Notes: generated from the letters alone by a model not told the origin. Shown: positions 10,814-19,497, counted from the first letter of the stretch. The stretch: DNA of 64,000 nucleotides from Candidatus Staskawiczbacteria bacterium RIFCSPHIGHO2_01_FULL_39_25 (GCA_001820095.1 MHOO01000011.1:135227-199226); one strand, 5' to 3'. Program-made: numbers and translations.

Positions 10814-11626
10814 ATGGATGCCTATAAAAAAATCGCAAATGATGCCAGAAAGAAAGTTTTGGAAATGATCCACAATGGCCAAACAAGCCATATCGGGTCA
10901 AACTTTTCCGCAATTGATATTATGGCGGTTTTATTTTCCAAACTTAATCTAGACAAAGATTTAAAGCCCAATCGCGACCGGTTCGTGCTTTCAAAAGGAT
11001 GGGTGGCAGCGGCGCTGTATTATTTTTTGTCAGAAAAAGGCATTATCCCCAAAGAAGATCTGGAAGAATTTGGCAAAGAAGGTTCAAAGTATATTGGCTT
11101 GTCAGAGCCTGCAGTCAGGGGTGTAGAAGCGGCCGGCGGGGCGATGGGCCACGGGCTTCCTATTGCCTTAGGCATGGCCTTGGCGGCAAAACGTGGCGGA
11201 GAATCTTGGAAAACGTATGTATTAATGTCTGACGGAGAATTGGACTGCGGCACTACCTGGGAATGCGCTTTGCTGGCTGCCCACCAGAAATTAAATAATT
11301 TAACGGTGATTGTTGACAGCAATGGATTCCAAGCCATGGGGACCAAGCAAGAAGTGCTAGACGTGGAACCGTTACCTGAAAAGTGGCGGGCTTTTAATTG
11401 GGATGTTGTGGAAATTGACGGCCATAATTACCGAGAAATTAGCGATGCATTAGATCGTGCGGGCACGGGGGAAAAACCTCTTATGATTATTGCGAGAACT
11501 TTGAAGGGACGCGGAGTTTCTTTTTTTGAAGGAAAATTAGAGTGGCACTACAAGACGATAGACGCGGAGAATTATCAAAAAGCGTTAATAGAACTAAATA
11601 CTTTGAATTACGAAATGCCCAATTAA
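10814..11626 (+). CDS. Transketolase, N-terminal (TPP-binding) subunit
   Basis: 270 aa; GHIGSNFSAIDI, GAMGHGLP, SDGELDCG motifs of split transketolases. Confidence 0.9.
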   Translation: MDAYKKIANDARKKVLEMIHNGQTSHIGSNFSAIDIMAVLFSKLNLDKDLKPNRDRFVLSKGWVAAALYYFLSEKGIIPKEDLEEFGKEGSKYIGLSEPAVRGVEAAGGAMGHGLPIALGMALAAKRGGESWKTYVLMSDGELDCGTTWECALLAAHQKLNNLTVIVDSNGFQAMGTKQEVLDVEPLPEKWRAFNWDVVEIDGHNYREISDALDRAGTGEKPLMIIARTLKGRGVSFFEGKLEWHYKTIDAENYQKALIELNTLNYEMPN

Positions 11627-11667
11627 AAGCAAGTTTCAGGTTCGGGAAAGCATTTCGTAATTCAAAG
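11601..11667 (+). promoter_or_regulatory. 18-bp perfect inverted repeat spanning the transketolase-N stop codon, with a conserved 17-mer in its loop
   Basis: CTTTGAATTACGAAATGC (11601-11618) / GCATTTCGTAATTCAAAG (11650-11667); loop 17-mer AAAAGCAAGTTTCAGGT recurs at 43044-43060. Confidence 0.45.
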
Positions 11668-11676
11668 TAAATAGCA

Positions 11677-12237
11677 ATGGACGATAAACAAACATCAATT
11701 CCAGGATTTACGCATGGGTTGCCTAATGAGGTTGCCAAAGAAAAAACGGCGAGATCCGCCCGCGGGGTTTTTATGGAAACGCTTGAAGAACTGGTGCAGA
11801 AAGACAGCAGAATTATTTTAGTGGTAGGGGATGTAGGATTTTCGTATATGGCCGAATTCCAGAAAAAATACCCAAACCAATATATTAATACCGGAGTAAT
11901 GGAGCAGTCATTTATGGGAATTGCCGCGGGGCTGGCCCAAAGCGGCTGGAAACCCTATGTATATTCTATGGTTCCTTTTGTGATTATGCGAAATTACGAG
12001 CAATTAAGAAACGATGTATGTTATGGCAATGCCAACGTAAAAATTGTGGGGGCGGTAGGAAATGTCCATTATCGGTTTCAGGGAATGAGCCATAACTTGC
12101 TGGGCAGTGAAAATGAAGAAGATTTGCTGAAAAATTTGCCTAATATCCAAAGGTTTTATCCAAAAACAACCGATGAGGTCAGGAATATTGTGCTAGAGTC
12201 TTACAAAAATACTGCGCCAACGTATATCCGCTTATAA
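11677..12237 (+). CDS. Transketolase C-terminal subunit, pyrimidine-binding domain only (short form)
   Basis: 186 aa ending ...APTYIRL; no sequence for the usual C-terminal domain follows. Confidence 0.8.
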   Translation: MDDKQTSIPGFTHGLPNEVAKEKTARSARGVFMETLEELVQKDSRIILVVGDVGFSYMAEFQKKYPNQYINTGVMEQSFMGIAAGLAQSGWKPYVYSMVPFVIMRNYEQLRNDVCYGNANVKIVGAVGNVHYRFQGMSHNLLGSENEEDLLKNLPNIQRFYPKTTDEVRNIVLESYKNTAPTYIRL

Positions 12238-12242
12238 CTACC

Positions 12243-12602
12243 ATGGAAATTACATCAGAAATTAAAAAAGATGCTTATGCAGTAAAGTTTACCGCAATGG
12301 AAAACGGTAAAACAGCAGGCTGGGCTTACCTGTATTTGATTTTCCAAGACCGCCACGAAGAACCCTATGGGTTGATGGAAAACGTGTATGTGGAATCTGA
12401 ATTTAGAAGCAAAGGAATCGGTACCCAGCTGGTTAAATTGGTCATTGAAGAAGCTAAAAAGAGAAACTGCTATAAATTAATTGGCAACAGTAATCTTGAT
12501 AATACGAGGGCGCAGGCGCTGTACGAACGCTTGGGTTTCAGAAAATACGGCATTGAATTGAGAATGGATATTAAAGAGTCAAAAATCAAACAAAAAGATT
12601 AA
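12243..12602 (+). CDS. GNAT family N-acetyltransferase
   Basis: FRSKGIGTQLV acetyl-CoA-binding motif, ALYERLGF. Confidence 0.85.
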   Translation: MEITSEIKKDAYAVKFTAMENGKTAGWAYLYLIFQDRHEEPYGLMENVYVESEFRSKGIGTQLVKLVIEEAKKRNCYKLIGNSNLDNTRAQALYERLGFRKYGIELRMDIKESKIKQKD

Positions 12603-12606
12603 AAAA

Positions 12607-13533
12607 ATGAAAGCAGTTCAAATTACTAGGCATGGCCATGTTGATGCGGTTAAGATTGTTGATATAGAAAAACCAAAAGCAGGCAAAGGGAATGTATTAA
12701 TAAAAGTATATGCCTCTTGCATAAACCCTATTGATATTAAAATACGGGAAGGCGCGGTACCTAATATTGCATTTCCATTTACGCTGGGTTCTGATGTGGC
12801 AGGGGTAGTAACGGAAATTGGCGAGGGGGTAGAAAGTATAGCTATAGGAAATAAGGTGTATGGACAAGCGATTGCTTTGGCGGGAGCCTCGGGGGCTTTC
12901 GCTGAATTTGCTTCTGTCCCGGCTGGCATGCTGGCCAAAATGCCAAAAAATCTTGACTTCAACCATGCTGGTGCCGCAGTTCTTACGGGGACGAGCGCCG
13001 TTCAGGCGTTGTTAGAACACATCAAGCTACAGCCTGGTCAGAAAATTCTTATCCATGGAGCCGCTGGCGGAATTGGCACCATTGCCATTCAAATTGCAAA
13101 ACATATCGGGGCTTACATTGCCACTACGGCTACGGGAGAAGGAATAGACTATGTAAAAAAGCTGGGAGCCAGCGAAGTTATTGATTATAAGCATCAGGCT
13201 TTTGATGAAATGCTTCAGGGCTATGATGCGGTTTTTGATACGGTAGGCGGCCAGACGTATGAAAAATCTTTTAAGATATTAAAAAGGGGCGGAATAATTG
13301 TTTCTATGGTGGCTGCCCAAAATCAAAAGCTTGCTGATGAGCATGGGGTTTCTGCCATAAGCCAATGGACAAAAGTTACTACAAGAAATCTTAATATGCT
13401 CACCAAATTTATTGAAGATAGTATCGTAAGGGTGCACATTGATAAAATATACTCATTTGATAGAATAAAAGAGGCATTTGAAGAGCAAGAGTCGGGAAAC
13501 GTAAACGGTAAAATTGTTATTGCTATTCATTAG
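12607..13533 (+). CDS. NADPH:quinone reductase-like medium-chain dehydrogenase/reductase
   Basis: Zeta-crystallin/Qor pattern (NPIDIKIREG, HGAAGGIGT Rossmann motif). Confidence 0.88.
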   Translation: MKAVQITRHGHVDAVKIVDIEKPKAGKGNVLIKVYASCINPIDIKIREGAVPNIAFPFTLGSDVAGVVTEIGEGVESIAIGNKVYGQAIALAGASGAFAEFASVPAGMLAKMPKNLDFNHAGAAVLTGTSAVQALLEHIKLQPGQKILIHGAAGGIGTIAIQIAKHIGAYIATTATGEGIDYVKKLGASEVIDYKHQAFDEMLQGYDAVFDTVGGQTYEKSFKILKRGGIIVSMVAAQNQKLADEHGVSAISQWTKVTTRNLNMLTKFIEDSIVRVHIDKIYSFDRIKEAFEEQESGNVNGKIVIAIH

Positions 13534-13598
13534 ACTTGTTACGTAGCATGCTACGTAACAAGCTACGTAACAAGTTCTATTAATAATTTTAAAAAATT

Positions 13599-14360
13599 AT
13601 GGAAGAAAAAACACATACCATAGAGTTTTCAGAAAAAGTATTTAAATTGGGGCTTGCCATTATTGCTGTAACCGCGCTTTTTTTAATCGGCCAAATGATT
13701 TACCAATTTAAATCATTGCCGCAAAACGCTCCCCATGAAATAACTGTAAGCGGCGAGGGCAAGGCATTGGTAAAACCCGACATCGCAACCATCAGCTTTG
13801 GAGCCAATACCCAAGGCCTAAAGAGCCAAGAGGTGGTTAACCGCAATAACGATATTATGAATGCGGTCATTAAATCAATCAAAGAGTCGGGGGTAGAAGA
13901 TAAGGATATTAAAACCACGTTCTATAACTTAACTCCTATTTATGACTACACGCCGCGGGGAGGCAGGGAATTCAAAGGGTACTCTTTAGACCAACAAATA
14001 AGCGTTAAAATAAGGAATTTTGATAAAATTTCCGAAATTTTAGATAAAGCTGCTGCCAATGGGGCAAATACTATCGGAGATTTGCAGTTTACCGTAGATG
14101 ATATGGAAAAAATACGGGCAGAAGCAAGGACAGAAGCAATTAAAAACGCAAAAGAAAAAGCCATGTCATTAATAGGTCCGGCAGGCCTGACGATAGAGAG
14201 GGTCGTCAGCATTACCGAGGGGCATGGAATTCAGCCGCCGCAGCCTTTCTACGGCCAAGCAGAAGCTTTCTCTAAAGATGCTGCAAGCATTGCTCCTCAA
14301 ATCCAACCTGGCCAAATGGAGGTTGTCAGCAATGTTACATTAACTTACCGAGTCCGGTAA
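13599..14360 (+). CDS. SIMPL (DUF541) domain protein
   Basis: N-terminal TM anchor plus the SIMPL pattern (ITVSGEG...PDIA, IRAEARTEAIKNAKEKA). Confidence 0.85.
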   Translation: MEEKTHTIEFSEKVFKLGLAIIAVTALFLIGQMIYQFKSLPQNAPHEITVSGEGKALVKPDIATISFGANTQGLKSQEVVNRNNDIMNAVIKSIKESGVEDKDIKTTFYNLTPIYDYTPRGGREFKGYSLDQQISVKIRNFDKISEILDKAAANGANTIGDLQFTVDDMEKIRAEARTEAIKNAKEKAMSLIGPAGLTIERVVSITEGHGIQPPQPFYGQAEAFSKDAASIAPQIQPGQMEVVSNVTLTYRVR

Positions 14361-14376
14361 ATTTCAAATTCGTAGT

Positions 14377-14763
14377 ATGGATTGTATATTCTGTAGCATT
14401 GTAAAAGGTGAAATTGATTCGGCTAAAATTTGGGAAGATAACCATGTATTAGCTTTTTTGGATGTTCACCCTGATACGAAGGGGCATTGTTTAGTCATTC
14501 CTAAACAGCACTGTGAAAATATTTTTGATATAGATGAAAATCTATTGCAAAAAGTTATCGTAGCAAGTAAAAAAATTGCAGAAAAAATCAAAAACTCTTT
14601 GCAGGCAGAGGGAATTAATCTGATGAGTAATAATGGCAAAATAGCAGGGCAAATAGTGCCTCATTTTCATATCCATATTATTCCAAGATATGCAGAAGAA
14701 GATCTGTTGTTCAATAAAACCCCTGATATGAATACACTGAAAGCATTAGCCCGGCAAATTTAA
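14377..14763 (+). CDS. HIT family hydrolase
   Basis: CIFC N-terminus and histidine triad HFHIHIIP. Confidence 0.9.
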   Translation: MDCIFCSIVKGEIDSAKIWEDNHVLAFLDVHPDTKGHCLVIPKQHCENIFDIDENLLQKVIVASKKIAEKIKNSLQAEGINLMSNNGKIAGQIVPHFHIHIIPRYAEEDLLFNKTPDMNTLKALARQI

Positions 14764-14779
14764 AAAATTCGTGAGTTAG

Positions 14780-14845
14780 TGAGTTAGGCTAAGCCTAACT
14801 CCAGGCAATAGGCTTGTGAGTTAGGCTAAGCCTAACTCCAGGCAA
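14780..14845 (+). repeat. Two tandem copies (period 37) of a hairpin repeat TGAGTTAGGCTAAGCCTAACTCCAGGCAA
   Basis: Identical 29-mers at 14780-14808 and 14817-14845; a related hairpin GTGGAGTTAGGCTTAGCCTAGCTCCAC lies at 25502-25528. Confidence 0.6.
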
Positions 14846-14846
14846 G

Positions 14847-14882
14847 CCAAAAATCGGCAGCAAGAACTGCCGATTTTTGGTT
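14847..14882 (+). terminator. Intrinsic terminator after the HIT gene
   Basis: CCAAAAATCGGCAG / CTGCCGATTTTTGG stem followed by TT. Confidence 0.7.
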
Positions 14883-14947
14883 ATGCAGGATGTTGATTTC
14901 TATTAATTTTGTGTTAATATGAATTCAGTTTAAAAATTCTCATTTGC

Positions 14948-16777
14948 ATGGACTCCCAAATAGAAGAAATCAAAAGCAAATTAAGCGTTGTGGACGTCGT
15001 GGGGAGTTATATGAAATTGGCCAAAACGGGGGCTAATTTTAGGGGAGTCTGCCCTTTCCATTCAGAAAAAAAACCCTCTTTTTTTGTGTCTCCGGCACGA
15101 GACCTCTGGCATTGCTTTGGATGCGGCGCCGGGTCCAGTATTTTTGACTTTGTCATGAAAATTGAAGGGGTGGAATTTGGAGATGCCCTAAGGATTTTAG
15201 CTAACAAGGCAGGGGTTGAATTGAAAAGGGAAAATGTGCAGTTGAGGACCGAACGCCAGCGCCTCTATGAAATTTGCGAATTAGCTTGTAAGTTTTTTGA
15301 AAAGCAGTTAGAGGGCGGAGTAGGCAAAGAGGCAGAAGAGTATTTGCTAAAAAGGGGAATTGCCAAAGAGAGTATAAAAAAGTGGAGGCTGGGGTATTCT
15401 CCCGATACGTGGAACGGCCTGTCAGATTTTTTAATAGGCAAAGGATATAAAAGGGAAGAAGTTGTAAAAGCTGGATTGGCAATTCAAAAAGAGCAGAGGA
15501 ATGATTCTTATGATAGATTCCGCGGCAGGATTATGTTTCCCGTGTTTGACTTGAACTCCCAGCCGGTGGGTTTTGGGGGAAGGGTATTTAAGCAGGGTTC
15601 AGACAAAGAAATTGCAAAATATATCAATACTCCGCAAACCTTGCTGTATGACAAATCAGGAATTCTCTACGGATTGAATAACGCCAAACTGGCCATTAGA
15701 AAGCAAAACCAATGCGTGGTGACGGAAGGATACACCGATGTCATTATGTGCCACCAGGCCGGCTATGAAAATACGGTAGGTGCGTCGGGAACCGCTTTAA
15801 CTTCCCAGCACATGGTCATTTTAAAAAGGTATTCTGAAAAATTAATCCTGGCGTTTGATATGGATATTGCTGGGGATTCGGCCACCAAACGGGGGATTAA
15901 CGGAGCCCAAGAACAGGGTTTTGACATTAAAATTATAGAAACATACCTCAAGAATGCCGATCCCGCAGACATTATTGTAAAAGATCCTGCGGCATGGGAA
16001 CAAGCGGTAGCCCAAGCCAGGGGCATTATGGATTATTACTTTGACTCGGCTTTTGCAGCATTTAATAAGAATGCTCCGGAAGGCAAAAGGGATATCGGTA
16101 AAATACTGTTGCCTGTTATTAAGCGCTTGCCTAATAAGATAGAGCAGTCATACTGGATCCAAAAATTATCTGAAATGCTGGGCGTAAAAGAAGAAGCGGT
16201 CATGGAAGAGCTGGTGAAAACTCAGGTTGCAGAACGTTCTAGTTTTGCCCGCAAGGATGCAAAAATGGCCGATAGCGCGCAAGATGAGGTATTGGGCACC
16301 GAAGGCAGAAAGAAGCTTATAGAAGAAAAAGTTATTTCGTTAATTTTAAAAAACCCTGATTATGTTAAATTAATAGACGAGGCGCACTACGCTTTTTTTT
16401 CCGAAAAAACAAGGAATTTCCTGCAAAAACTTAGCAAGATTATAGAAGAGCAAAAGCCTCTAGCAGAAGGGGAATTAGTAAAAGATTTCAGGGCAATTTT
16501 TGACAGCCTTCTTTCTTCAAAAGGAGAAGGAGTAGAGGCAGAATTTAATTCCGAGGTTAAAAATTTTTTGGCGGCGCTCGCTTTGCGGGCCGATGCCGAC
16601 TACCAAGAGGATGGCCAGGAGGAGATGTCGCTTTGCTTATTGCAGCTAAAAAATATAGAATTAAAAAATAAATTAAATAAAATTTCAGAGGATATTAAAA
16701 AAGCAGAACAGGAAAATGACCACCAAAAAGTGAATGCCTTGATTGCAGAATTTAATGCGCTAACAAAAGAATTATAA
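14948..16777 (+). CDS. dnaG: DNA primase
   Basis: [11 protein letters not shown] zinc finger, TOPRIM ([15 protein letters not shown]). Confidence 0.95.
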   Translation: MDSQIEEIKSKLSVVDVVGSYMKLAKTGANFRGVCPFHSEKKPSFFVSPARDLWHCFGCGAGSSIFDFVMKIEGVEFGDALRILANKAGVELKRENVQLRTERQRLYEICELACKFFEKQLEGGVGKEAEEYLLKRGIAKESIKKWRLGYSPDTWNGLSDFLIGKGYKREEVVKAGLAIQKEQRNDSYDRFRGRIMFPVFDLNSQPVGFGGRVFKQGSDKEIAKYINTPQTLLYDKSGILYGLNNAKLAIRKQNQCVVTEGYTDVIMCHQAGYENTVGASGTALTSQHMVILKRYSEKLILAFDMDIAGDSATKRGINGAQEQGFDIKIIETYLKNADPADIIVKDPAAWEQAVAQARGIMDYYFDSAFAAFNKNAPEGKRDIGKILLPVIKRLPNKIEQSYWIQKLSEMLGVKEEAVMEELVKTQVAERSSFARKDAKMADSAQDEVLGTEGRKKLIEEKVISLILKNPDYVKLIDEAHYAFFSEKTRNFLQKLSKIIEEQKPLAEGELVKDFRAIFDSLLSSKGEGVEAEFNSEVKNFLAALALRADADYQEDGQEEMSLCLLQLKNIELKNKLNKISEDIKKAEQENDHQKVNALIAEFNALTKEL

Positions 16778-16779
16778 TA

Positions 16780-17964
16780 ATGGCAAAAAAGAAAAAACCA
16801 AGAAAATTAAAAAAACCGAAGCCCTTAAAGAAGAAAAAAGTTTCCAGAAAACTTTCTAAGACAAGGAAGCGTAAACCGGCAAAAAGGGTTAAAAAGGAAA
16901 AAATTACCCAAGAGCAGATAGATGCCCTTTTACGCAAAGGTGAAGAGCGGGGTTTTTTGACGAACTCTGAAATACTGTATTTTTTCCCCAACATAGAAAG
17001 CAACGTGGACGAACTGGAAAGAATATACGATCTCTTAAAAGAGCGGGGGGTTGCGATACGGGAGGTAAGGGAATTCTTGGAAATAAAATCCAAGAAAGAA
17101 AAAAAAGCAAAGAAAGCGGTTTTAGGCAAAATTGACCCCATCCAAATGTACTTAAAAGAAATCGGCAGGTCGGGGTTTTTGTCGGCCAAGGAAGAAAAAG
17201 AGTTGGCCAAGCGCATTGAACATGGAGAAGAGGACGCAAAAAATAAATTGGCATTGGCAAACTTGAGGCTCGTGGTTTCTATTGCCAAAAAATACATCGG
17301 CAGGTCGCCAAACCTCACGTTATTGGACTTGATCCAAGAGGGAAACCTGGGGCTTTTTAAGGCCGTGAAAAAATTTGACTGGAGGAAGGGGTATAAATTT
17401 TCCACCTATGCAACCTGGTGGATCCGCCAGTCAATTACCCGCGCCTTAGCTGACCAGGCAAGAACCATCAGGATTCCCGTGCACATGATTGAAACTATTT
17501 CAAAGTACACTAAAATCAGGAGGAGCCTTTTGCAAGAACTGGGCCGGGAGCCTTTGGCAGAAGAAATTGCCGCTGAAATGGGGCTGGAAGTTGATAAAGT
17601 CCACCACATCAGGAAAATTGCCCAAAAAGCGGTTTCATTGGAGACTCCGATTGGAGAAGATAAAGACAAGCAAGACAGCGTATTGGCAGAATTCATTAAA
17701 GACGACAAGTCAATTGCGCCAAACACCGAGGCCTCCAGAAAACTGTTGAAAGAACGGTTAAAAGAAATTTCCAGCGAGCTTACCCAGCGGGAATTAAAAA
17801 TTTTGGGTATGCGGTTCGGTTTGGAAGACGGCGTTATGCATACCCTTGAAGAAACTGGTGAAGAATTCGGGGTTACCCGCGAAAGAATCAGGCAGATCCA
17901 GGCAAAAGCTTTAGAGAAACTGCGAAGGCATTCAGACCTGAAAAAAGTACGAGACTATTATTAA
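16780..17964 (+). CDS. rpoD: RNA polymerase primary sigma factor with a Lys-rich N-terminal extension
   Basis: Regions 2-4 ([29 protein letters not shown]); starts 3 nt after dnaG. Confidence 0.95.
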   Translation: MAKKKKPRKLKKPKPLKKKKVSRKLSKTRKRKPAKRVKKEKITQEQIDALLRKGEERGFLTNSEILYFFPNIESNVDELERIYDLLKERGVAIREVREFLEIKSKKEKKAKKAVLGKIDPIQMYLKEIGRSGFLSAKEEKELAKRIEHGEEDAKNKLALANLRLVVSIAKKYIGRSPNLTLLDLIQEGNLGLFKAVKKFDWRKGYKFSTYATWWIRQSITRALADQARTIRIPVHMIETISKYTKIRRSLLQELGREPLAEEIAAEMGLEVDKVHHIRKIAQKAVSLETPIGEDKDKQDSVLAEFIKDDKSIAPNTEASRKLLKERLKEISSELTQRELKILGMRFGLEDGVMHTLEETGEEFGVTRERIRQIQAKALEKLRRHSDLKKVRDYY

Positions 17965-18100
17965 ATTTGAAATTTGAAATTTACAATTTGAAATCAATTT
18001 TAAATAACTAAATTTGAAATGATTAAAACCGACGTCGCCTTTTCAAATTAATATATTGTAGTATTGAATTCAAATTTCAAATTTCGAATTTCAAATTCAA
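17965..18100 (+). repeat. Family-1 (TTTGAAAT-type) quasi-palindromic intergenic element, copy 1
   Basis: Fills the rpoD-pyk gap; core GAAATGATTAAAACCGACGTCGCCTTTTCAAATT flanked by complementary TTTGAAAT/ATTTCAAA arms. Confidence 0.65.
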
Positions 18101-18106
18101 AACGCT

Positions 18107-19183
18107 ATGAATCCACGAATTATTGCAACGATAGGGCCTAAATCTGAAGAATATGACATCTTAAGCCAAATGGCTGCTGAAGGAATGAATATCATGCGGG
18201 TTAATTTTTCCCATGCCACAGAATCTCAATGGCATAAAATAAAAGATAATCTTGCAAGGATAAAAAAAGAAACCGGCGCCGATATAAAAATGATGGCAGA
18301 CCTCCAGGGCCCAAGGATACGCTTGGGAGTGTTGCAAAAAGATGTAGAAATTGTGAAGGGCGCTACGTATATATTTTTTTCAGGGAAAGCGAACGTTGCA
18401 AAAAATGAACTGCCTATAGATTACCCTGACCTCCATAAATTCATTAAACAGGGGCAACCGATGTATCTTTCAAACCGTTTGGTTGAGTTGCGGGTTGAAA
18501 AAGTATCGGGAAAGAAAATTTTTGCAAAAGCTGTTACGGGCGGAGTGGCCTCAAGCAGAAAAGGCATTAATGTTCCAGAGACCATTATTGCGGGCAGTGC
18601 CTTAACCAAGAAAGATATCAAAGACGCAAAATTTGTGGCAAAAAACGGCGCGGATTATGTGTGCCTTTCGTTTGTGCAAACCAGCAAAGATGTTGAGCAG
18701 CTAAGAAAAGCGCTGGCAGATGATGCTATAGATATTATTGCAAAAATAGAAAGGGCGTCGGCGTTAGACCACATTGACAGCATTATAAAAGCTTCCAATG
18801 GAATTATGATTGCCAGGGGGGATTTGGGGATTGAAATGCCCATAGAAGAGCTTACTATTATACAAAAAAACCTCATCCGCCATGCGCATCAATACAAAAG
18901 GCCTGCCATTGTGGCAACCCAGATGCTAGATTCCATGGCAAAAAATCCGTATCCTACGCGGGCAGAGGCCGCTGATGTAGCCAACGCCATTTTTGACGGG
19001 GCTGACGCCGTCATGCTTTCCGATGAAACGGCTTCCGGAAATTATCCGGTCATGGCGGTGTCTACCATGAAAAAAATTGCCAAGAAAGTAGATGAATACT
19101 TCAATAGCACTAACTATTTTGAGCAGGCCCATGGGGGTGTGGGACTTGAACAGAACCAGCTTGAGAAGCGAAAACAGAGATGA
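18107..19183 (+). CDS. pyk: Pyruvate kinase, short form lacking the C-terminal domain
   Basis: Barrel-domain motifs (MRVNFSHA, MIARGDLGIE, MLSDETASG); 358 aa; last ~17 codons lie in the 5' arm of the element at 19133..19399. Confidence 0.85.
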   Translation: MNPRIIATIGPKSEEYDILSQMAAEGMNIMRVNFSHATESQWHKIKDNLARIKKETGADIKMMADLQGPRIRLGVLQKDVEIVKGATYIFFSGKANVAKNELPIDYPDLHKFIKQGQPMYLSNRLVELRVEKVSGKKIFAKAVTGGVASSRKGINVPETIIAGSALTKKDIKDAKFVAKNGADYVCLSFVQTSKDVEQLRKALADDAIDIIAKIERASALDHIDSIIKASNGIMIARGDLGIEMPIEELTIIQKNLIRHAHQYKRPAIVATQMLDSMAKNPYPTRAEAADVANAIFDGADAVMLSDETASGNYPVMAVSTMKKIAKKVDEYFNSTNYFEQAHGGVGLEQNQLEKRKQR

Positions 19184-19399
19184 GGTCAAGGCGCGACGAG
19201 GAAACATAGCCTTGCGCTATGTTTCCGAAGTCGCAACGCAGACATCATCTCTGTTTTCGCTTCCCTTCGGGCTCTGTCACTTGCTTGTCTTCTTCGTATT
19301 CAGAATGAAACGATGCGCAAGGCATCGTTTCATTCCTCAATCCTTGAATACAAGCAATATACGAGAGCTCAATTGGTTCTGTTCGAGTCCCACACCCCT
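19133..19399. ncRNA. Candidate structured RNA or structured element, copy A (267 nt; homologous to 62892..63160)
   Basis: 25-32-bp closing helix and two long internal hairpin domains; motifs TCAAGGCGCGA, GCAACG, GCGCAAGGC (GCAAG pentaloop) and CCTTGAA at the same relative offsets as in copy C. Confidence 0.5.
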
Positions 19400-19443
19400 A
19401 GCATCAAGATTGATTTTAGAAACTTATAAAAGATAAATTTTGC

Positions 19444-19480
19444 AAAAAAAATTGGGATGTCGGACATCCCAATTTTTTTG
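19444..19480. terminator. Bidirectional intrinsic terminator
   Basis: A-run, AATTGGGATGT-CGG-ACATCCCAATT stem, T-run; lies between convergent units. Confidence 0.7.
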
Positions 19481-19497
19481 TTGCAACGTTGCAATAC

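Noticed and set aside
16752-17405. 217-aa minus-strand ORF overlapping the rpoD 5' region
   Set aside because: It is the shadow of the Lys-rich (AAG/AAA) rpoD N-terminus, giving a Phe/Leu-rich antisense product. rpoD is unambiguous.
17965-18100. CRISPR-like reading of the short tandem TTTGAAAT / GAATCT / AAATCCGA repeats in intergenic regions
   Set aside because: The units are 7-9 nt with no unique spacers, they are arranged as complementary arms, and no cas genes are present. These are palindromic elements, not arrays.
19133-19399. Reading elements A and C as integron attC sites, as MITEs, or (for A) as tRNA-derived sequence because of GTTCGAGTCC in the 3' arm
   Set aside because: There are no R'/R'' GTTRRRY boxes and no integrase. 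The terminal helices are not conserved in sequence between copies, as transposase-bound TIRs would be. The flanks of the TTCGAGT box do not form a T-stem or acceptor stem.
19092-19436. 114-aa + strand ORF running through the structured element after pyk
   Set aside because: It is in an alternative frame across a region made of nested inverted repeats. It has no start context and no protein-like composition. The structured element explains the sequence better.
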